Assembly (NCBI GenBank): GCA_040222015.1
Contig: JAVJWO010000179.1
Coordinates: forward strand, 26,751-90,750
DNA length: 64,000 bases
DNA from: Coleofasciculus chthonoplastes F2-STO-03
GTDB taxonomy: Bacteria > Cyanobacteriota > Cyanobacteriia > Cyanobacteriales > Coleofasciculaceae
Direction: 5' to 3'
Shown here: piece after piece, positions 20,249-32,232 of the stretch
Layout of the letters: each line of letters begins with the position of its first letter
Numbering within the stretch: position 1 is the stretch's first letter
Program-made: the position numbers and the translations under genes
Notes under the pieces: generated by a model
What the model was told of the DNA's origin: nothing
Databases searched by the model: none
What the model saw: only the letters and a program-made list of their open reading frames with translations

Positions 20249-22201
20249 ATGTGTGGAATCGTCGGTTATATCGGCACGCAACCAGCAACAGATATTTTAA
20301 TGGCAGGGTTAGAACGACTCGAATATCGAGGCTATGATTCTGCCGGAATTGCCACCGTTTGGGAAGGAGAGATTCAGTGCGTTCGCGCTAAAGGCAAACT
20401 CTACAATTTACGAGAAAAACTGGAACGTACCGATAACCAAGCCCGACTTGGTATTGGACATACCCGTTGGGCAACTCACGGAAAACCGGAAGAATATAAT
20501 GCCCATCCCCATACCGACACCCATCAGCGCGTGGCGGTGGTGCAAAATGGCATCGTGGAAAACTATCGAGAATTACGGGAAGACTTGAAAAAACGGGGAC
20601 ATGAATTCCGTTCTGATACCGATACCGAAGTGATTCCCCACCTGATTGCCGAGTTTCTCCCCGAACCCTCAACCCCGGATTTTCAACACCCGAATGCTTT
20701 TTTAGACGCCGTGCGCCAAGCGGTGAATCAACTCCATGGGGCGTTTGCGATCGCGATTATTTGTGCCGACTATCCCGATGAACTGATTGTCGCACGACAA
20801 CAGGCTCCTTTAATCCTGGGATTTGGTCAAGGGGAATTCTTCTGCGCCTCCGATACTCCCGCCCTCGTCCCCCACACCCATGCGGTATTGAACCTAGAGA
20901 ATGGGGAACTGGCACGGTTAACCCCTCTAGGGGCAGAAGTCTATAACTTTGCTGGGGAACGTCTTCGCAAATTCCCCCGCACCCTCAACTGGAATCCCGT
21001 ACAAGTCGAAAAACAGGGATTCCGTCATTTCATGCTCAAAGAAATTTTTGAGCAACCGGGTGTGGTGCGAACCTGTTTAGAAGCTTATGTTAGCAGTGAT
21101 TGGTCAGCGGGAGAAAATGATGGCAGTAGCGCGATACCTGATCAAAACCCAGTCGCCGGAGACACCCCATCCATAACCACGCCGATACAATTGGGACTTC
21201 CTGAGTCGTTGTATGAAAACTTAGAACACGTCCAGATATTAGCATGTGGTACCAGTTGGCACGCCAGTCTGGTGGGGAAATACCTGATCGAACAATTAGC
21301 TGGAATTCCCACGATGGTACAATATGCCTCAGAATTCCGCTATGCCCCCTCACCCTTAACGCGCAATACCCTCACCATTGGCGTTACTCAATCGGGAGAA
21401 ACTGCTGATACTTTAGCAGCGTTGGAAATGGAAAAACGACGGCGTACTGGTTTAGGACAAGAGTATCAGCCGCGACTGGTGGGGATTACCAATCGTTCCG
21501 AGAGTTCTCTGGCGCATTTAGTCCCGCATATTATTGAGACGTTTGCGGGAATGGAAATTGGTGTGGCGGCAACGAAAACCTTTGTCACTCAATTGGTGGT
21601 ATTTTACTGTTTAGCTCTGGATTTAGCCTATCAACGCCAAACCCTACCCCCGTCACGGATTGCCGAAATTATTGCTGGGTTGCGTCAACTTCCCTCCCAG
21701 ATTGAGTTGGTGTTATCGCGTCAGGAACATTATCTGGAAGAATTAGCCCATGAGTTTGACGAAACCCAAGATTTCATCTTTTTGGGGCGTGGGATTAATT
21801 TCCCCATTGCCTTAGAAGGGGCGTTGAAGCTTAAGGAAGTCAGCTATATTCACGCCGAAGGGTATCCAGCTGGGGAGATGAAACACGGACCCATTGCCCT
21901 CTTAGATGCTAAAGTACCCGTGGTTGCGATCGCGATGCCGGGTACTGTGTATGAAAAGGTGCTATCTAATGCCCAAGAAGCCAAGGCGCGGGATGCACGA
22001 TTGATTGGGGTGACACCCATGCATGATCCAGAAGCGGCTCAAACCTTTGATATTTTATTATCGGTACCCGTTGTTGAAGAATTACTGTCTCCAATTTTGG
22101 CAGTAATGCCTTTACAACTTTTGGCATATCATATTGCGGCGCGACGGGGTTTAGATGTGGATCAGCCTCGGAATTTGGCAAAATCAGTCACGGTGGAATA
22201 A
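20249..22201 (+). CDS. glmS: Glutamine--fructose-6-phosphate aminotransferase (isomerizing)
   Basis: MCGIVG start, EYRGYDSAG, GHTRWATHG, and C-terminal DQPRNLAKSVTVE. Confidence 0.98.
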   Translation: MCGIVGYIGTQPATDILMAGLERLEYRGYDSAGIATVWEGEIQCVRAKGKLYNLREKLERTDNQARLGIGHTRWATHGKPEEYNAHPHTDTHQRVAVVQNGIVENYRELREDLKKRGHEFRSDTDTEVIPHLIAEFLPEPSTPDFQHPNAFLDAVRQAVNQLHGAFAIAIICADYPDELIVARQQAPLILGFGQGEFFCASDTPALVPHTHAVLNLENGELARLTPLGAEVYNFAGERLRKFPRTLNWNPVQVEKQGFRHFMLKEIFEQPGVVRTCLEAYVSSDWSAGENDGSSAIPDQNPVAGDTPSITTPIQLGLPESLYENLEHVQILACGTSWHASLVGKYLIEQLAGIPTMVQYASEFRYAPSPLTRNTLTIGVTQSGETADTLAALEMEKRRRTGLGQEYQPRLVGITNRSESSLAHLVPHIIETFAGMEIGVAATKTFVTQLVVFYCLALDLAYQRQTLPPSRIAEIIAGLRQLPSQIELVLSRQEHYLEELAHEFDETQDFIFLGRGINFPIALEGALKLKEVSYIHAEGYPAGEMKHGPIALLDAKVPVVAIAMPGTVYEKVLSNAQEAKARDARLIGVTPMHDPEAAQTFDILLSVPVVEELLSPILAVMPLQLLAYHIAARRGLDVDQPRNLAKSVTVE

Positions 22202-22683
22202 GTGCCAAACGTTATGTTCTAGAGTAAAAAGAAATGCCGAACAGCTTATTATACAGATGCCCCATCCCCTTGTGGGTGGGGTTGTTGACCGTTCTACTAC
22301 TTAGGTCGAGATGCTTCACTCCGCTGTCGCTCCGTTCAGCATGACATTTCGCCACGATACTTCTATTCCTCACTATCGGCAAAATTGACGTTTTCATAAA
22401 TATCGCTCAAATTGATCTGAAACCCGATTAAACCTAGTAAAACTCACGGATAAAACTTGATAAATCAATACTTTGTTCGTAGTAGGCACGAAGCTTGCCA
22501 GAAGCACTTTAGCGCTTACTATAAACTCTAAAGTCAGTGCTATTCACTTTAATGGTATGTCCCCTGGCGAAGCGCGATCGCATTAGACATGTCAATGATC
22601 GCATTCTTCTATTTTGGCTTATGTTTAGTCAGCCGTGCAATCCTGGGTACAATGATTGGCGTATCTATCATGACTGAACTACC

Positions 22684-23454
22684 ATGAATCAACCGTTACG
22701 GACATTAGGTGTCGCCCCCAATGCTTGGGGAGTGAATGATGCGATCGCGGATCTCACTCGCCCCTCCCTAACCCCTCACCCCATTACCCTCACCACAGAA
22801 ACCAAAAGCCTGCGCCTGGATTTAGTCAAATCTGCCATCCTGATCATCGACATGCAAAATGACTTCTGTCATCCCGATGGCTGGTTAGCCCATATCGGCG
22901 TAGATGTAACCCCCGCCCGTAGCCCAATTGCATCCCTGACAAGCTTGCTTCCCCAGCTACGAGATGTCAACGTTCCTGTGATTTGGGTGAACTGGGGAAA
23001 TCGTCCCGACTTACTCAATATTAGTGCTGGATTGCGCCATGTTTACAATCCTACAGGTGCAGGAATTGGACTCGGTGATCCCTTGCCCAAAAATGGGGCA
23101 AAAGTGTTAACAAAAGACAGTTGGGCTGCCGCAATTGTGGATGGATTAAACCACGAACCCGAAGATATTTATATTGACAAATATCGCATGAGTGGTTTCT
23201 GGGATACTGCCTTAGACAGCATTTTACGCAATATGGGCAAAACCACTCTTTTCTTTGCTGGCGTCAACATTGATCAATGTGTCATGGCAACATTACAAGA
23301 TGCTAACTTCCTGGGGTATGATTGTGTTTTGCTCAAAGATTGTGCGGCAACAACGTCTCCTGATTACTGCTTTAAAGCCACTATTTATAATGTTAATCAA
23401 TGCTTTGGCTTTACCAGCGATTCTCAATTACTTATTAAAGCGATAAAAGCCTAG
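22684..23454 (+). CDS. Cysteine hydrolase (isochorismatase family)
   Basis: IIDMQNDF, KYRMSGFWDT and GVNIDQCV supply the D-K-C catalytic triad. Confidence 0.9.
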   Translation: MNQPLRTLGVAPNAWGVNDAIADLTRPSLTPHPITLTTETKSLRLDLVKSAILIIDMQNDFCHPDGWLAHIGVDVTPARSPIASLTSLLPQLRDVNVPVIWVNWGNRPDLLNISAGLRHVYNPTGAGIGLGDPLPKNGAKVLTKDSWAAAIVDGLNHEPEDIYIDKYRMSGFWDTALDSILRNMGKTTLFFAGVNIDQCVMATLQDANFLGYDCVLLKDCAATTSPDYCFKATIYNVNQCFGFTSDSQLLIKAIKA

Positions 23455-23592
23455 TCCAAAAAGGCAGAAGGTAAGGAGTAAAGTAGCAAGGGAGAAGGAA
23501 ATAATCACGGTTGACGAATGACCAATGATAAATAACAAATAACCAATGACAAATGAACAATGACAAATGAACAATTTTAGGAGAAAATTCCC

Positions 23593-24045
23593 ATGGAATT
23601 CCGTTGTATGATTCCCGTTATGAAATCCCCCAAGGACTACCAATCCTATCGCATTAGTCCCCAGGATAGCAACCGTTTAGCCATTATCTTCGATCCGGCG
23701 ATCGCGGATTCATCATTAACCGTTTGTGTGGAGATTTTTGATCAAGGCGGCAAAACTCCCCCTAATCGTCATCAAATTGCTGTAGAAATGTTTTTTATCC
23801 TTAAAGGGGAAGGAATTGCCCGTTGTGATGGCAAAAATGTGCCATTTCGGGCAGGAGATAGTTTATTAGTCCCGCCAACGGGTATTCATGAAATTATAAA
23901 TACAGGTCAAGGTCGTTTATATGCGTTATGTTTTATGGTTCCTAATGAGGATTTTGTCGAACTTATTCGCAGCGGTATACCTGTAGATTTGGATGAGGAA
24001 GATTTTCGTGTATTAGGACGTACTGATGCTGTGGTTTCGTGTTAG
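23593..24045 (+). CDS. Cupin domain protein
   Basis: TPPNRHQIAVEMFFILKGEG...GDSLLVPPTGIHEIINTG. Confidence 0.88.
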   Translation: MEFRCMIPVMKSPKDYQSYRISPQDSNRLAIIFDPAIADSSLTVCVEIFDQGGKTPPNRHQIAVEMFFILKGEGIARCDGKNVPFRAGDSLLVPPTGIHEIINTGQGRLYALCFMVPNEDFVELIRSGIPVDLDEEDFRVLGRTDAVVSC

Positions 24046-24252
24046 GACACAGGGAATAGGGTAGGGTGGTAGAGATATAGTATACTACGTCTGGAACAGT
24101 CAGGGCGGGTTTTGCACAAATGTTATTATCAATAGCCAAAAGAAAGTTCCATTACCCGCCCCTACAGACGCGCCATGACAGACGCGCCATGACAGACGCG
24201 CCATGGCGCGTCTCTACACACACTTTCCCTTTTTTCCAATCCATAATCCCTT

Positions 24253-24361
24253 GTTGCGCGATCGCGTGATGAATTCCATCAGGATAAATCTTGGCAACCT
24301 CAGGTTGTTGTTTTTCCACTTGATACTCATTCCAGACGGTAACGCGAGGATTGGCTGTCAT
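24253..24361 (-). pseudogene. ThuA-like (trehalose utilization) N-terminal fragment
   Basis: RVTVWNEY..EK..PEVAKIYPDGIH.AIA matches the ThuA start; similarity stops at a HIP1 site just before a REP. Confidence 0.65.
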
Positions 24362-24404
24362 ATTAATATTATCAGTAAACTATTCTTTTTTTTATTATGC
24401 CAAT

Positions 24405-24462
24405 AACAAATGACAAATGACAAATGACAAATGACAAATGACAAATGACAAATGACAAATGA
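24405..24462. repeat. (TGACAAA)n heptamer STRR running into the start codon of the next gene
   Basis: Directly visible. Confidence 0.9.
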
Positions 24463-26198
24463 CCAAAATTCATAAACAAACCGCATCAATATTAACCCGC
24501 GATGGAATTCGCCTAGATGCTGATATTTACTATCCCGATACCGATACCGACTTACCCGTACTCCTGATGCGACAACCTTATGGAAGGGCGATCGCATCCA
24601 CTGTCGTCTATGCCCATCCCTTCTGGTATGCCGCCCAGGGGTATATTGTCGTAATTCAGGATGTGCGGGGACGGGGGACATCTGGGGGAGAGTTTCAGCT
24701 ATTTACCCACGAGGTTGCTGATGGAATTGATACCATTAACTGGGTGTCGCAGTTACCCGGTAGCAATGGACAGGTGGGTATGTATGGCTTTTCCTATCAG
24801 GGGATGACTCAACTGTATGCAGCATCAGCAAATCTGCCCGCGTTGAAAACAATTTGTCCGGCAATGATGGCGTATGATTTATATGCAGATTGGGCGTATG
24901 AAAATGGGGCATTTTGTTTCCACATTAATTTTGGGTGGGGGGTACAGTTAGCCGCCGAAACTGCCAGATTAAAAAATGATCCGATTGCCTATCAAATTCT
25001 CTATGCGGCATCTCGCAATTTGCCCTTTTATGACCTATCTCCCCGATTTATCGAATGTTTAAATAAATATACACCAAATTCTTTTTATGATGAATGGCAA
25101 AACCATCCTGAACCCGGAGACTATTGGCAAAAACTCTCACCCAATCTAGACGGTGTAGACTTGCCGATGCTGCATATTGGTGGCTGGTTTGATCCGTATC
25201 TGCGGGGTAATCTGCGTCTCTATAAAGACCTGGCAAAGCGGAGTAAATTTCCCCAGCATCTGATTATAGGACCTTGGGCGCATCTGCCTTGGGGAAGGAA
25301 AGTTGGGGCAAGAGATTTTGGCGCAGAGGCGGTAAGTCCTGTGGATAGGTTACAAGTGCGTTGGTTTGACCAGTTTCTCAAGGGGATTGATACCGGATTG
25401 TTGGACAAACCGCCTGTCTATTTATTTGAAATGGGGAGTAATCAATGGCGTTATTTTGATTCGTGGTTACAAGATAATCAGAAATCCTATTTTCTTAACA
25501 GTACAGGTTTAGCCAGTGTGCGAGACGATTCCGGGACTCTCCTATCCTGTCCGGTGGAAGACTCACGCTTGGGTGGAGACAAGGCAGAAGGTCAGAAAGA
25601 AGGGAATAATGATAGTTTAGGCGGACTTGATATTATTCCCCAATCTGAATCTCCGGCAAAATTGCCTGTATTACCTGCTGCAACTGATGTATTTGTTCAT
25701 GATCCGTGGCGTCCAGTTCCAGCGTGGGGAGGTCATGCGACAATCCCGGCTGGGTCATTTGATCGGTCTGCAATTGATAGTCGCACCGATGTTTTAACGT
25801 ATAATTCGGCACCGTTTGCTGAAGATTTACATCTAATGGGTGATGTTGCAATTGAGGTTTTTTGCTATTCCGATACATCCAGTTTTGACCTCTGTGCCGT
25901 GTTATCTGAAGTGCTTCCGAATGGGATGGTTTATAATTTCACTCAGGGGTATGCGACTGTAAGTCTGGGTCAAGAAATAAAACCTGTTAGGATTGAACTC
26001 CAGCCGACTTGTATGAAAATTACCAAAGGGAATGGATTACGTTTGAGTCTAAGCGCCGCTTGTTTTCCAGCGTATCCGGTAAATCCAGGAACAGGCGTAT
26101 CCTCTGCTGAAACGTTTATGATGGATGCTCAGATCATTACGGTCACGGTGAATTGTGGTGGAAACTTGACATCAAAACTTTTGTTACCAATCGCTTAA
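24459..26198 (+). CDS. CocE/NonD family serine hydrolase
   Basis: RDGIRLDADIY, QDVRGRGTSGG, nucleophile GFSYQG, GGWFD and IIGPWAH. Confidence 0.92.
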   Translation: MTKIHKQTASILTRDGIRLDADIYYPDTDTDLPVLLMRQPYGRAIASTVVYAHPFWYAAQGYIVVIQDVRGRGTSGGEFQLFTHEVADGIDTINWVSQLPGSNGQVGMYGFSYQGMTQLYAASANLPALKTICPAMMAYDLYADWAYENGAFCFHINFGWGVQLAAETARLKNDPIAYQILYAASRNLPFYDLSPRFIECLNKYTPNSFYDEWQNHPEPGDYWQKLSPNLDGVDLPMLHIGGWFDPYLRGNLRLYKDLAKRSKFPQHLIIGPWAHLPWGRKVGARDFGAEAVSPVDRLQVRWFDQFLKGIDTGLLDKPPVYLFEMGSNQWRYFDSWLQDNQKSYFLNSTGLASVRDDSGTLLSCPVEDSRLGGDKAEGQKEGNNDSLGGLDIIPQSESPAKLPVLPAATDVFVHDPWRPVPAWGGHATIPAGSFDRSAIDSRTDVLTYNSAPFAEDLHLMGDVAIEVFCYSDTSSFDLCAVLSEVLPNGMVYNFTQGYATVSLGQEIKPVRIELQPTCMKITKGNGLRLSLSAACFPAYPVNPGTGVSSAETFMMDAQIITVTVNCGGNLTSKLLLPIA

Positions 26199-26264
26199 GT
26201 TTATCTTATATAGTACTACGCACTAAAATTTTAATATTAACCTTTTCCCTCTTTCGTTTGACCA

Positions 26265-29200
26265 ATGATGAACAAACCACCCTTTCTAGAAACGACCCCC
26301 CAAGATAATCACCAGCAACCGTTGGCACAGCCTCATAAGTCTTGGCGTCCCCGTCATTTTCTAGTCTGGATGGTAGTGGGTCTAACCACCGTGGCGATTG
26401 GCGCTGTCGCCACAGTCAGCTATTTTGGAGTGCGCCAGCTAATCCTAGAAAACATCAAACAAAACGCGCTCAATTCAGTGCAAGCCGAAGCCAGTGAAAT
26501 CGATCGCTGGCTAGCCACGCGCAAGGCTGAAGTCGAAACGATCGCCAGTACCCCGATCCTGCGATCGATGGACTGGTCGCAGATTAAACCGTACTTGCAA
26601 CGAGAAGTCCAACGCAGCCGGGATTTTACCTCGTTTTCTGTGATCAGGGCGGATGGAACCTTTCAAAGCAGCAATGAAGGTCAGGGGAATGTTCAAGATC
26701 GCCAACATTTCCAACAGGCGATGGCGGGAAAAGTGTATGTCTCTGATCCCCTAATCAGTCGGGCGACCGAATTACCGATTATTGCCATTGCCGCCCCGAT
26801 TGTGGCAATGCCCCCTCAGCCTCCCCTAACCGTTGGTACAACGGCGGGTGCGATCGATATTGAGCGCGTGGAAGAAGTTGTTGAAAAGATATCCTATGGC
26901 AAGGATAGCTACGCCTTTGCCCTCAACTCTAGAGGCGTGCCGATTGTTTATCCAGAGGAAAAACCCTTAGGAACTGAAAGAAAACCTGATTCCAGTTTAC
27001 TGGAGTCAACCGAACCGGATCTAGCCGCGATCGCTCGCCAGATGGTGAACCAAGAACAAGGAATTCAACAGGCAAACCTGTTCGGGGAATCCGTTTACGT
27101 GGCGTATGTCCACCTAGAAGAGGCAAACTGGTCGATTGCCTTAGTTATGAACAATGAGAAAATAGAAAGTCCAATCTGGTCACTCAACTTGCTAGCTATC
27201 GTTCTAGTTGCCCTCTTGTTCGTTGCCATATTTTTCATCAGGCGACAGGTGAAACTATTTGAGATGACACGGGCTAAAGCCGCCAAAGAAGCACTGCTCA
27301 ACCGCTTGACCAATCGCATTCATTCCTCACTCGACCTGGATCGCACCTTACCCGCTACTTTAGAAGAATTGACATCGCTGCTGGGCTTAGAACGAGTCAT
27401 TTTCGGCTGGTTGCTCGACAATCAGACGTTAAGAATTGCATATATGTACACGGAGGAGGGTTTATCGAGCGAATGTAGACAGTTAAAGATAGCGACGTCC
27501 AGTAACTTAGAGACTCAGTTACGCAAGGGTGAGACCGTTGACTTTAAAGTATCCATGATCAATGGTCAATCGGATAATGCTGGTTTAGAAAACACCCCAG
27601 ATAACCCTTTCTCGTCCCATCCTGCTACCTCTTCAAAGGAAACCTATATCCTGGAAAATGGTCACTATTCAGCGATTCCCATCCGTCCTCAAACCGGATT
27701 CTTGGGCTATTTAATCTGTATCCACGCCACAAGTTGGTCGTGGAGTCCCAGCGACATCGAACTATTAGAAGCCATTTCTAAACAAATTGCCAGTGCTTGC
27801 ACCCAATCCCATCTCTACACGAAAACCCAAGACCAAATCCAACTTCTCGACAATACCTTAGACTCATTAGAGCGAGAACGCCGACAACTGCAACAAGTGA
27901 TCGCCAGTGCGCCCATGGCAATGGCAATGTTTGACAAGGAAATGCGCTATATGGCTCATTCCCAAAAGTGGCTGATGGTGCAAGGGATTGAGGGGGAATC
28001 CATCATTGGTCGCTGCCATTACGAGATGATCCCAGATGTACCGGAACACTGGAAGCAGATTCATCAACGGGCGCTCACGGGGCAAGTGATCACTAACCCA
28101 GAAGATGTCTGGGAACGTAGCGATGGTTCTATCGTTTACATGCGCTGGGCAATTAACCCCTGGTATACTCCGAATGGTCAAGTGGGTGGGATTGTCATTG
28201 CCACCGACCAGATTAACGAATTAGTCGAAGCCAGAGAAGCGGCACTGGAAGCGGTACGGTTTAAGTCCAAGTTTCTGGCGAACATGAGTCATGAAATTCG
28301 CACGCCGATGAATGGCGTCTTAGGCATGGTGGGACTCCTGTTACAGACTCAACTCACGCCGCGACAGCGAGACTATGCCCAAACGATTCGCCGTAGTGCT
28401 GACCATTTACTGACCATCATCAACGATATTCTGGATTTCTCCAAGCTAGAAGCTGGAGAAATGGAACTCGAAACCATTGAGTTTGACCTAGATGGCTGTA
28501 TCGAATCGGTTCTTGATGTGTTAGCCACTCAAGCCGAAGAGAAGAAGTTAGAATTGGCAACCTTAATTGACCGCCAAGTCCCCCGACAACTCAAAGGTGA
28601 TCCGGCTAGACTGCGACAGGTTCTGTTAAATCTAGCGAACAATTCCCTCAAATTTACCCCCCAAGGGGAAGTGGTTATCCATGTCACGTTAGAAACCGCT
28701 ACCTCCAAAAATGCCACCCTCCACTTTGCTGTGTCGGATACGGGAGTGGGTATTTCCCCAGAAGGGCAAGAAAAACTCTTCCAATCCTTTTCCCAAGTTG
28801 ATAACTCCACCACTCGTCAATATGGTGGCACAGGCTTAGGGTTAGCTATCTGCAAACAGTTGGTCGATTTGATGGGCGGTGAAATCGGCGTGGAAAGTCA
28901 GGTGGGTAAAGGGTCCACGTTCTGGTTTACGGCAAAATTTGACACCCAAACCAACGCTGAATCCCCCACCACTCCCTTTGCCCTCACCCATCTAAAACTG
29001 TTGGTCGTTTCCGAAAGTCGCACTACCCGCCAATCAGTGCGTTACTTAGTCAATACCTGGGGAATTGGGATTGATGAAGCCAACTCCGCAGAACTGTCCC
29101 TAGATGCCCTGCGCCAAGCTGCTGCGGTTAACCAGCCTTATGATGTGGTGATCTGTGATTGGCAACTGCCCCAAATCGAGGATGGGTCCCTGATTAAAAC

Positions 29201-30296
29201 TATTCGCTCTGATTCAGCGTTGAGCCATACCAAAGCCGTGGTGATGACACCGATGAATCAACGGGATCAAGTCGAACAATTACTGTCTATGGGAGCGGCG
29301 AGTTATTTGCTCAAGCCAGTGAGAGCCTCACGGCTATTTGATAGTTTAATGGCGGCTGTAGCGCCCGAAATGATTAAAGAACAGCAGGAGGAAGAACTAG
29401 CACAACATACAACGACTGGGGACTTCACTCATAAACAACCTGCGACTCCTCTGAATATCCTCTTAGCTGAAGATCATCCGATCAATCAACAAGTTATTCT
29501 CAATCAGTTACAGATGTTAGGTTATGAAGCCGACTGCGCCCCCAATGGTCAAGTTGTCCTGGAATTAGTCGAGCAAAATTCCTACGATATCATTCTCATG
29601 GACTGTCAGATGCCTGTTCTGGATGGCTATGCGACTACCACTAAATTGATTGAGCGTTACGGTAGCACTCATCCGATTATTATTGCTCTAACCGCTCATG
29701 CGTTTCCTGAAGATCGAGAACGATGTGCGGCAGTTGGTATGGATGACTATATCAGCAAACCTGTTGATGAGGAAATGTTGAGCGAACGATTAGAGTATTG
29801 GGCAACCCAGATTAGACATGATGGGGACAAAAGGCAAATGGCAGATGGTTCTATGAAGGCAGAGGACAAAGGGCAGATGGCAGAAGGAAACGAGAAGGCA
29901 GAGGACAAAGGGCAGATGGCAGATGGTAAGGAAGACATTAATTCAACACTCAACAATTCCCCAATTAACTGGGAACACCTTGAGCGTGTCACCCTCGGTA
30001 AAAAATCGGCTCAAGAACGACTGTTGCACGCTTTTATCGAACATGCGGAAGCGGATTTAAAAGATATCCAAACCGGAATTGCCGCCGAAGATTATGAACA
30101 AATCTATGCCAAAGCCCATCGGTTGAGAGGATCAAGTGCCAATTTAGGCATGGACGCGATCGCAGAATTAGCCGCCCAACTCGAAAACCATGGACGTTGC
30201 AGTTCTCTAATCGCTATCCAGGAAAACGTTGGCGAGTTAGAACGACAACTGACTACAGTTTGCGACTACATCCGCCACATTAATAGTCAATCATGA
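26265..30296 (+). CDS. Hybrid histidine kinase (Cache, GAF, PAS, HisKA/HATPase, 2 REC, Hpt)
   Basis: Two TM segments around a Cache-like domain; [36 protein letters not shown]. Confidence 0.93.
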   Translation: MMNKPPFLETTPQDNHQQPLAQPHKSWRPRHFLVWMVVGLTTVAIGAVATVSYFGVRQLILENIKQNALNSVQAEASEIDRWLATRKAEVETIASTPILRSMDWSQIKPYLQREVQRSRDFTSFSVIRADGTFQSSNEGQGNVQDRQHFQQAMAGKVYVSDPLISRATELPIIAIAAPIVAMPPQPPLTVGTTAGAIDIERVEEVVEKISYGKDSYAFALNSRGVPIVYPEEKPLGTERKPDSSLLESTEPDLAAIARQMVNQEQGIQQANLFGESVYVAYVHLEEANWSIALVMNNEKIESPIWSLNLLAIVLVALLFVAIFFIRRQVKLFEMTRAKAAKEALLNRLTNRIHSSLDLDRTLPATLEELTSLLGLERVIFGWLLDNQTLRIAYMYTEEGLSSECRQLKIATSSNLETQLRKGETVDFKVSMINGQSDNAGLENTPDNPFSSHPATSSKETYILENGHYSAIPIRPQTGFLGYLICIHATSWSWSPSDIELLEAISKQIASACTQSHLYTKTQDQIQLLDNTLDSLERERRQLQQVIASAPMAMAMFDKEMRYMAHSQKWLMVQGIEGESIIGRCHYEMIPDVPEHWKQIHQRALTGQVITNPEDVWERSDGSIVYMRWAINPWYTPNGQVGGIVIATDQINELVEAREAALEAVRFKSKFLANMSHEIRTPMNGVLGMVGLLLQTQLTPRQRDYAQTIRRSADHLLTIINDILDFSKLEAGEMELETIEFDLDGCIESVLDVLATQAEEKKLELATLIDRQVPRQLKGDPARLRQVLLNLANNSLKFTPQGEVVIHVTLETATSKNATLHFAVSDTGVGISPEGQEKLFQSFSQVDNSTTRQYGGTGLGLAICKQLVDLMGGEIGVESQVGKGSTFWFTAKFDTQTNAESPTTPFALTHLKLLVVSESRTTRQSVRYLVNTWGIGIDEANSAELSLDALRQAAAVNQPYDVVICDWQLPQIEDGSLIKTIRSDSALSHTKAVVMTPMNQRDQVEQLLSMGAASYLLKPVRASRLFDSLMAAVAPEMIKEQQEEELAQHTTTGDFTHKQPATPLNILLAEDHPINQQVILNQLQMLGYEADCAPNGQVVLELVEQNSYDIILMDCQMPVLDGYATTTKLIERYGSTHPIIIALTAHAFPEDRERCAAVGMDDYISKPVDEEMLSERLEYWATQIRHDGDKRQMADGSMKAEDKGQMAEGNEKAEDKGQMADGKEDINSTLNNSPINWEHLERVTLGKKSAQERLLHAFIEHAEADLKDIQTGIAAEDYEQIYAKAHRLRGSSANLGMDAIAELAAQLENHGRCSSLIAIQENVGELERQLTTVCDYIRHINSQS

Positions 30297-30349
30297 ATTC
30301 CCTATTCCCTATTCCCCATTCCCTATTCCCTATTCCCTAACAAATAACC

Positions 30350-31612
30350 ATGGCAAAAATTCTTGCAGTTGATGATGATATAACCGTCCAAATCATTCTC
30401 CAAGAATTGTTAGAGAGTGAAGGTCATGAAGTTCTGCTAGCGGATGATGGAGAAGCCGCACTCCGACAAACCAAAAAACTTAAACCTGACTTAATCATCT
30501 GCGATTGGATGATGCCTAAACTCGATGGCTTAGAACTGTGCCGCCGCATCAAGGCAGATCCGCAACTAGCAACCATTTTTCTGATTCTACTAACCATACG
30601 TGAACAAGTCGCCGATCGCGTCCAAGGGTTAGATTCGGGGGCGGATGATTTTCTCTCAAAACCCATTGAACCCAGTGAATTGCAAGCCAGGGTGCGTTCG
30701 GGATTACGGCTGCATCAATTAAACAAACAACTTTCACAAGCCCTCCACCATCTCAAGCAAACTCAATCTCAATTAGTTCAGAGTGAAAAAATGTCCAGCT
30801 TGGGTCAAATGATCGCTGGAATTGCTCATGAAATTAATAATCCAGTTACATTCATTCATGGCAACTTATCCTACATCGAGGACTATAGCCAAGACTTGTT
30901 CGATCTAGTTGAATGTTATCAACAGGAGTATCCCCATCCGAGTCCGCGTCTGCAAGATAAAATAACCGATGTGCATCTTGACTTTTTAAGCCAAGATTTT
31001 CCCAAAGTATTGGCTTCGATGAAAGTCGGTACTGAACGCCTGCAAGAATTGGTGTTATCCTTGCGGAAGTTTTCCCGGCTCGATGAAGCTGAACGGAAAC
31101 CAGTCGATCTTCATGAAGGAATAGAAAGCGCTCTTTTTCTAGTCCAACATCGCTTATCCACTTCCGCCGGACAGCCCGGGATTCAAATCATCAAAGAATA
31201 CGGCAAACTTCTCCCATTTGAATGCTATCCAGGACAACTAAATCAGGTTTTTCTCCACATTATTAATAATGCTATTGATGCTTTAGAAATGGATCAAGAA
31301 AAAGAGCAAGATAACAGCTCTTTACCTCAAACTATCCCAACGATTAAAATTCAAACGACTCTGCAAAACGACGGTCAAGTAATTATTTGTATTATTGATA
31401 ATGGAATTGGCATATCCGACAGTGTAAAACCTCGAATATTTGATCCGTTTTTCACCACAAAACCTGTCGGTAAAGGTAGAGGATTAGGGCTGTCAATTGC
31501 CCATCAAATTGTGGTAAATCAGCATGGCGGTGAATTGGACTGTGTTTCTCAACCGGATGTCGGAACTGAGATGATTATTAAACTTCCGTTTAAAAAATGT
31601 TTGCTAAATTAA
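30350..31612 (+). CDS. REC-histidine kinase hybrid
   Basis: N-terminal REC (VDDD, CDWMMP); AGIAHEINNP; DPFFTTKPVGKGRGLGL. Confidence 0.92.
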   Translation: MAKILAVDDDITVQIILQELLESEGHEVLLADDGEAALRQTKKLKPDLIICDWMMPKLDGLELCRRIKADPQLATIFLILLTIREQVADRVQGLDSGADDFLSKPIEPSELQARVRSGLRLHQLNKQLSQALHHLKQTQSQLVQSEKMSSLGQMIAGIAHEINNPVTFIHGNLSYIEDYSQDLFDLVECYQQEYPHPSPRLQDKITDVHLDFLSQDFPKVLASMKVGTERLQELVLSLRKFSRLDEAERKPVDLHEGIESALFLVQHRLSTSAGQPGIQIIKEYGKLLPFECYPGQLNQVFLHIINNAIDALEMDQEKEQDNSSLPQTIPTIKIQTTLQNDGQVIICIIDNGIGISDSVKPRIFDPFFTTKPVGKGRGLGLSIAHQIVVNQHGGELDCVSQPDVGTEMIIKLPFKKCLLN

Positions 31613-31831
31613 GCTGATTTATAACATCATAAATTATTTTTGCCGCTTTGTACTCTGGAACTCTCTGCCTGGTTTCCGCTACTGATTCTGATCCGAGGAA
31701 TTTTAAAGATTTGTAACAGTCCGCTCACTTTTGCATAAAATTTTCCCTCTATCTGTGACTAAATCAATACAGACTTAAGCCGCACCAAGTCTAATTGCTA
31801 AATTCGGTCTAGTGTCCATCTTGTTTCTCAC

Positions 31832-31953
31832 TAGTGCAAGAAAGCAGAAATAACTGAACAGCTAATATCTCCCCCAGCTTCCCCAGCTCCCTTTGCTCCC
31901 CCTGCTTCATCGTATCTACGAAGCTGCTCAAGTATTTTTGCCGCGCTGCACTA
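31832..31953. mobile_element. MITE with TAGTGC... TIRs (same family as 14628-14751)
   Basis: TAGTGCAAGAAAGCAGAAATAACTGAAC ... GCTCAAGTATTTTTGCCGCGCTGCACTA imperfect inverted ends. Confidence 0.55.
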
Positions 31954-32232
31954 GCGGGATTCTCGTCGCTTGGCTGATTTTTGGATTTCTGGCGTTTGGT
32001 AAACAGGCGAGACGAGCTAGAAAATCGGAAAAAGGGATTGAATAGGGAAAGGGGTTGGCGGTGTAGAGACGTAGCATGCTACGTCTCTACTCTACACCGC
32101 TTCTATCGTACCTATCTTAAAATGAGCATATCCACGAATCAGAAGGTATCTAGTTGGCTTTTTAGTCCCGGATTGCGGTCACGGGGTTTGTAGGAAAGTA
32201 TGCTATCCGTCTGCTTTTACATTGTAAGATCC

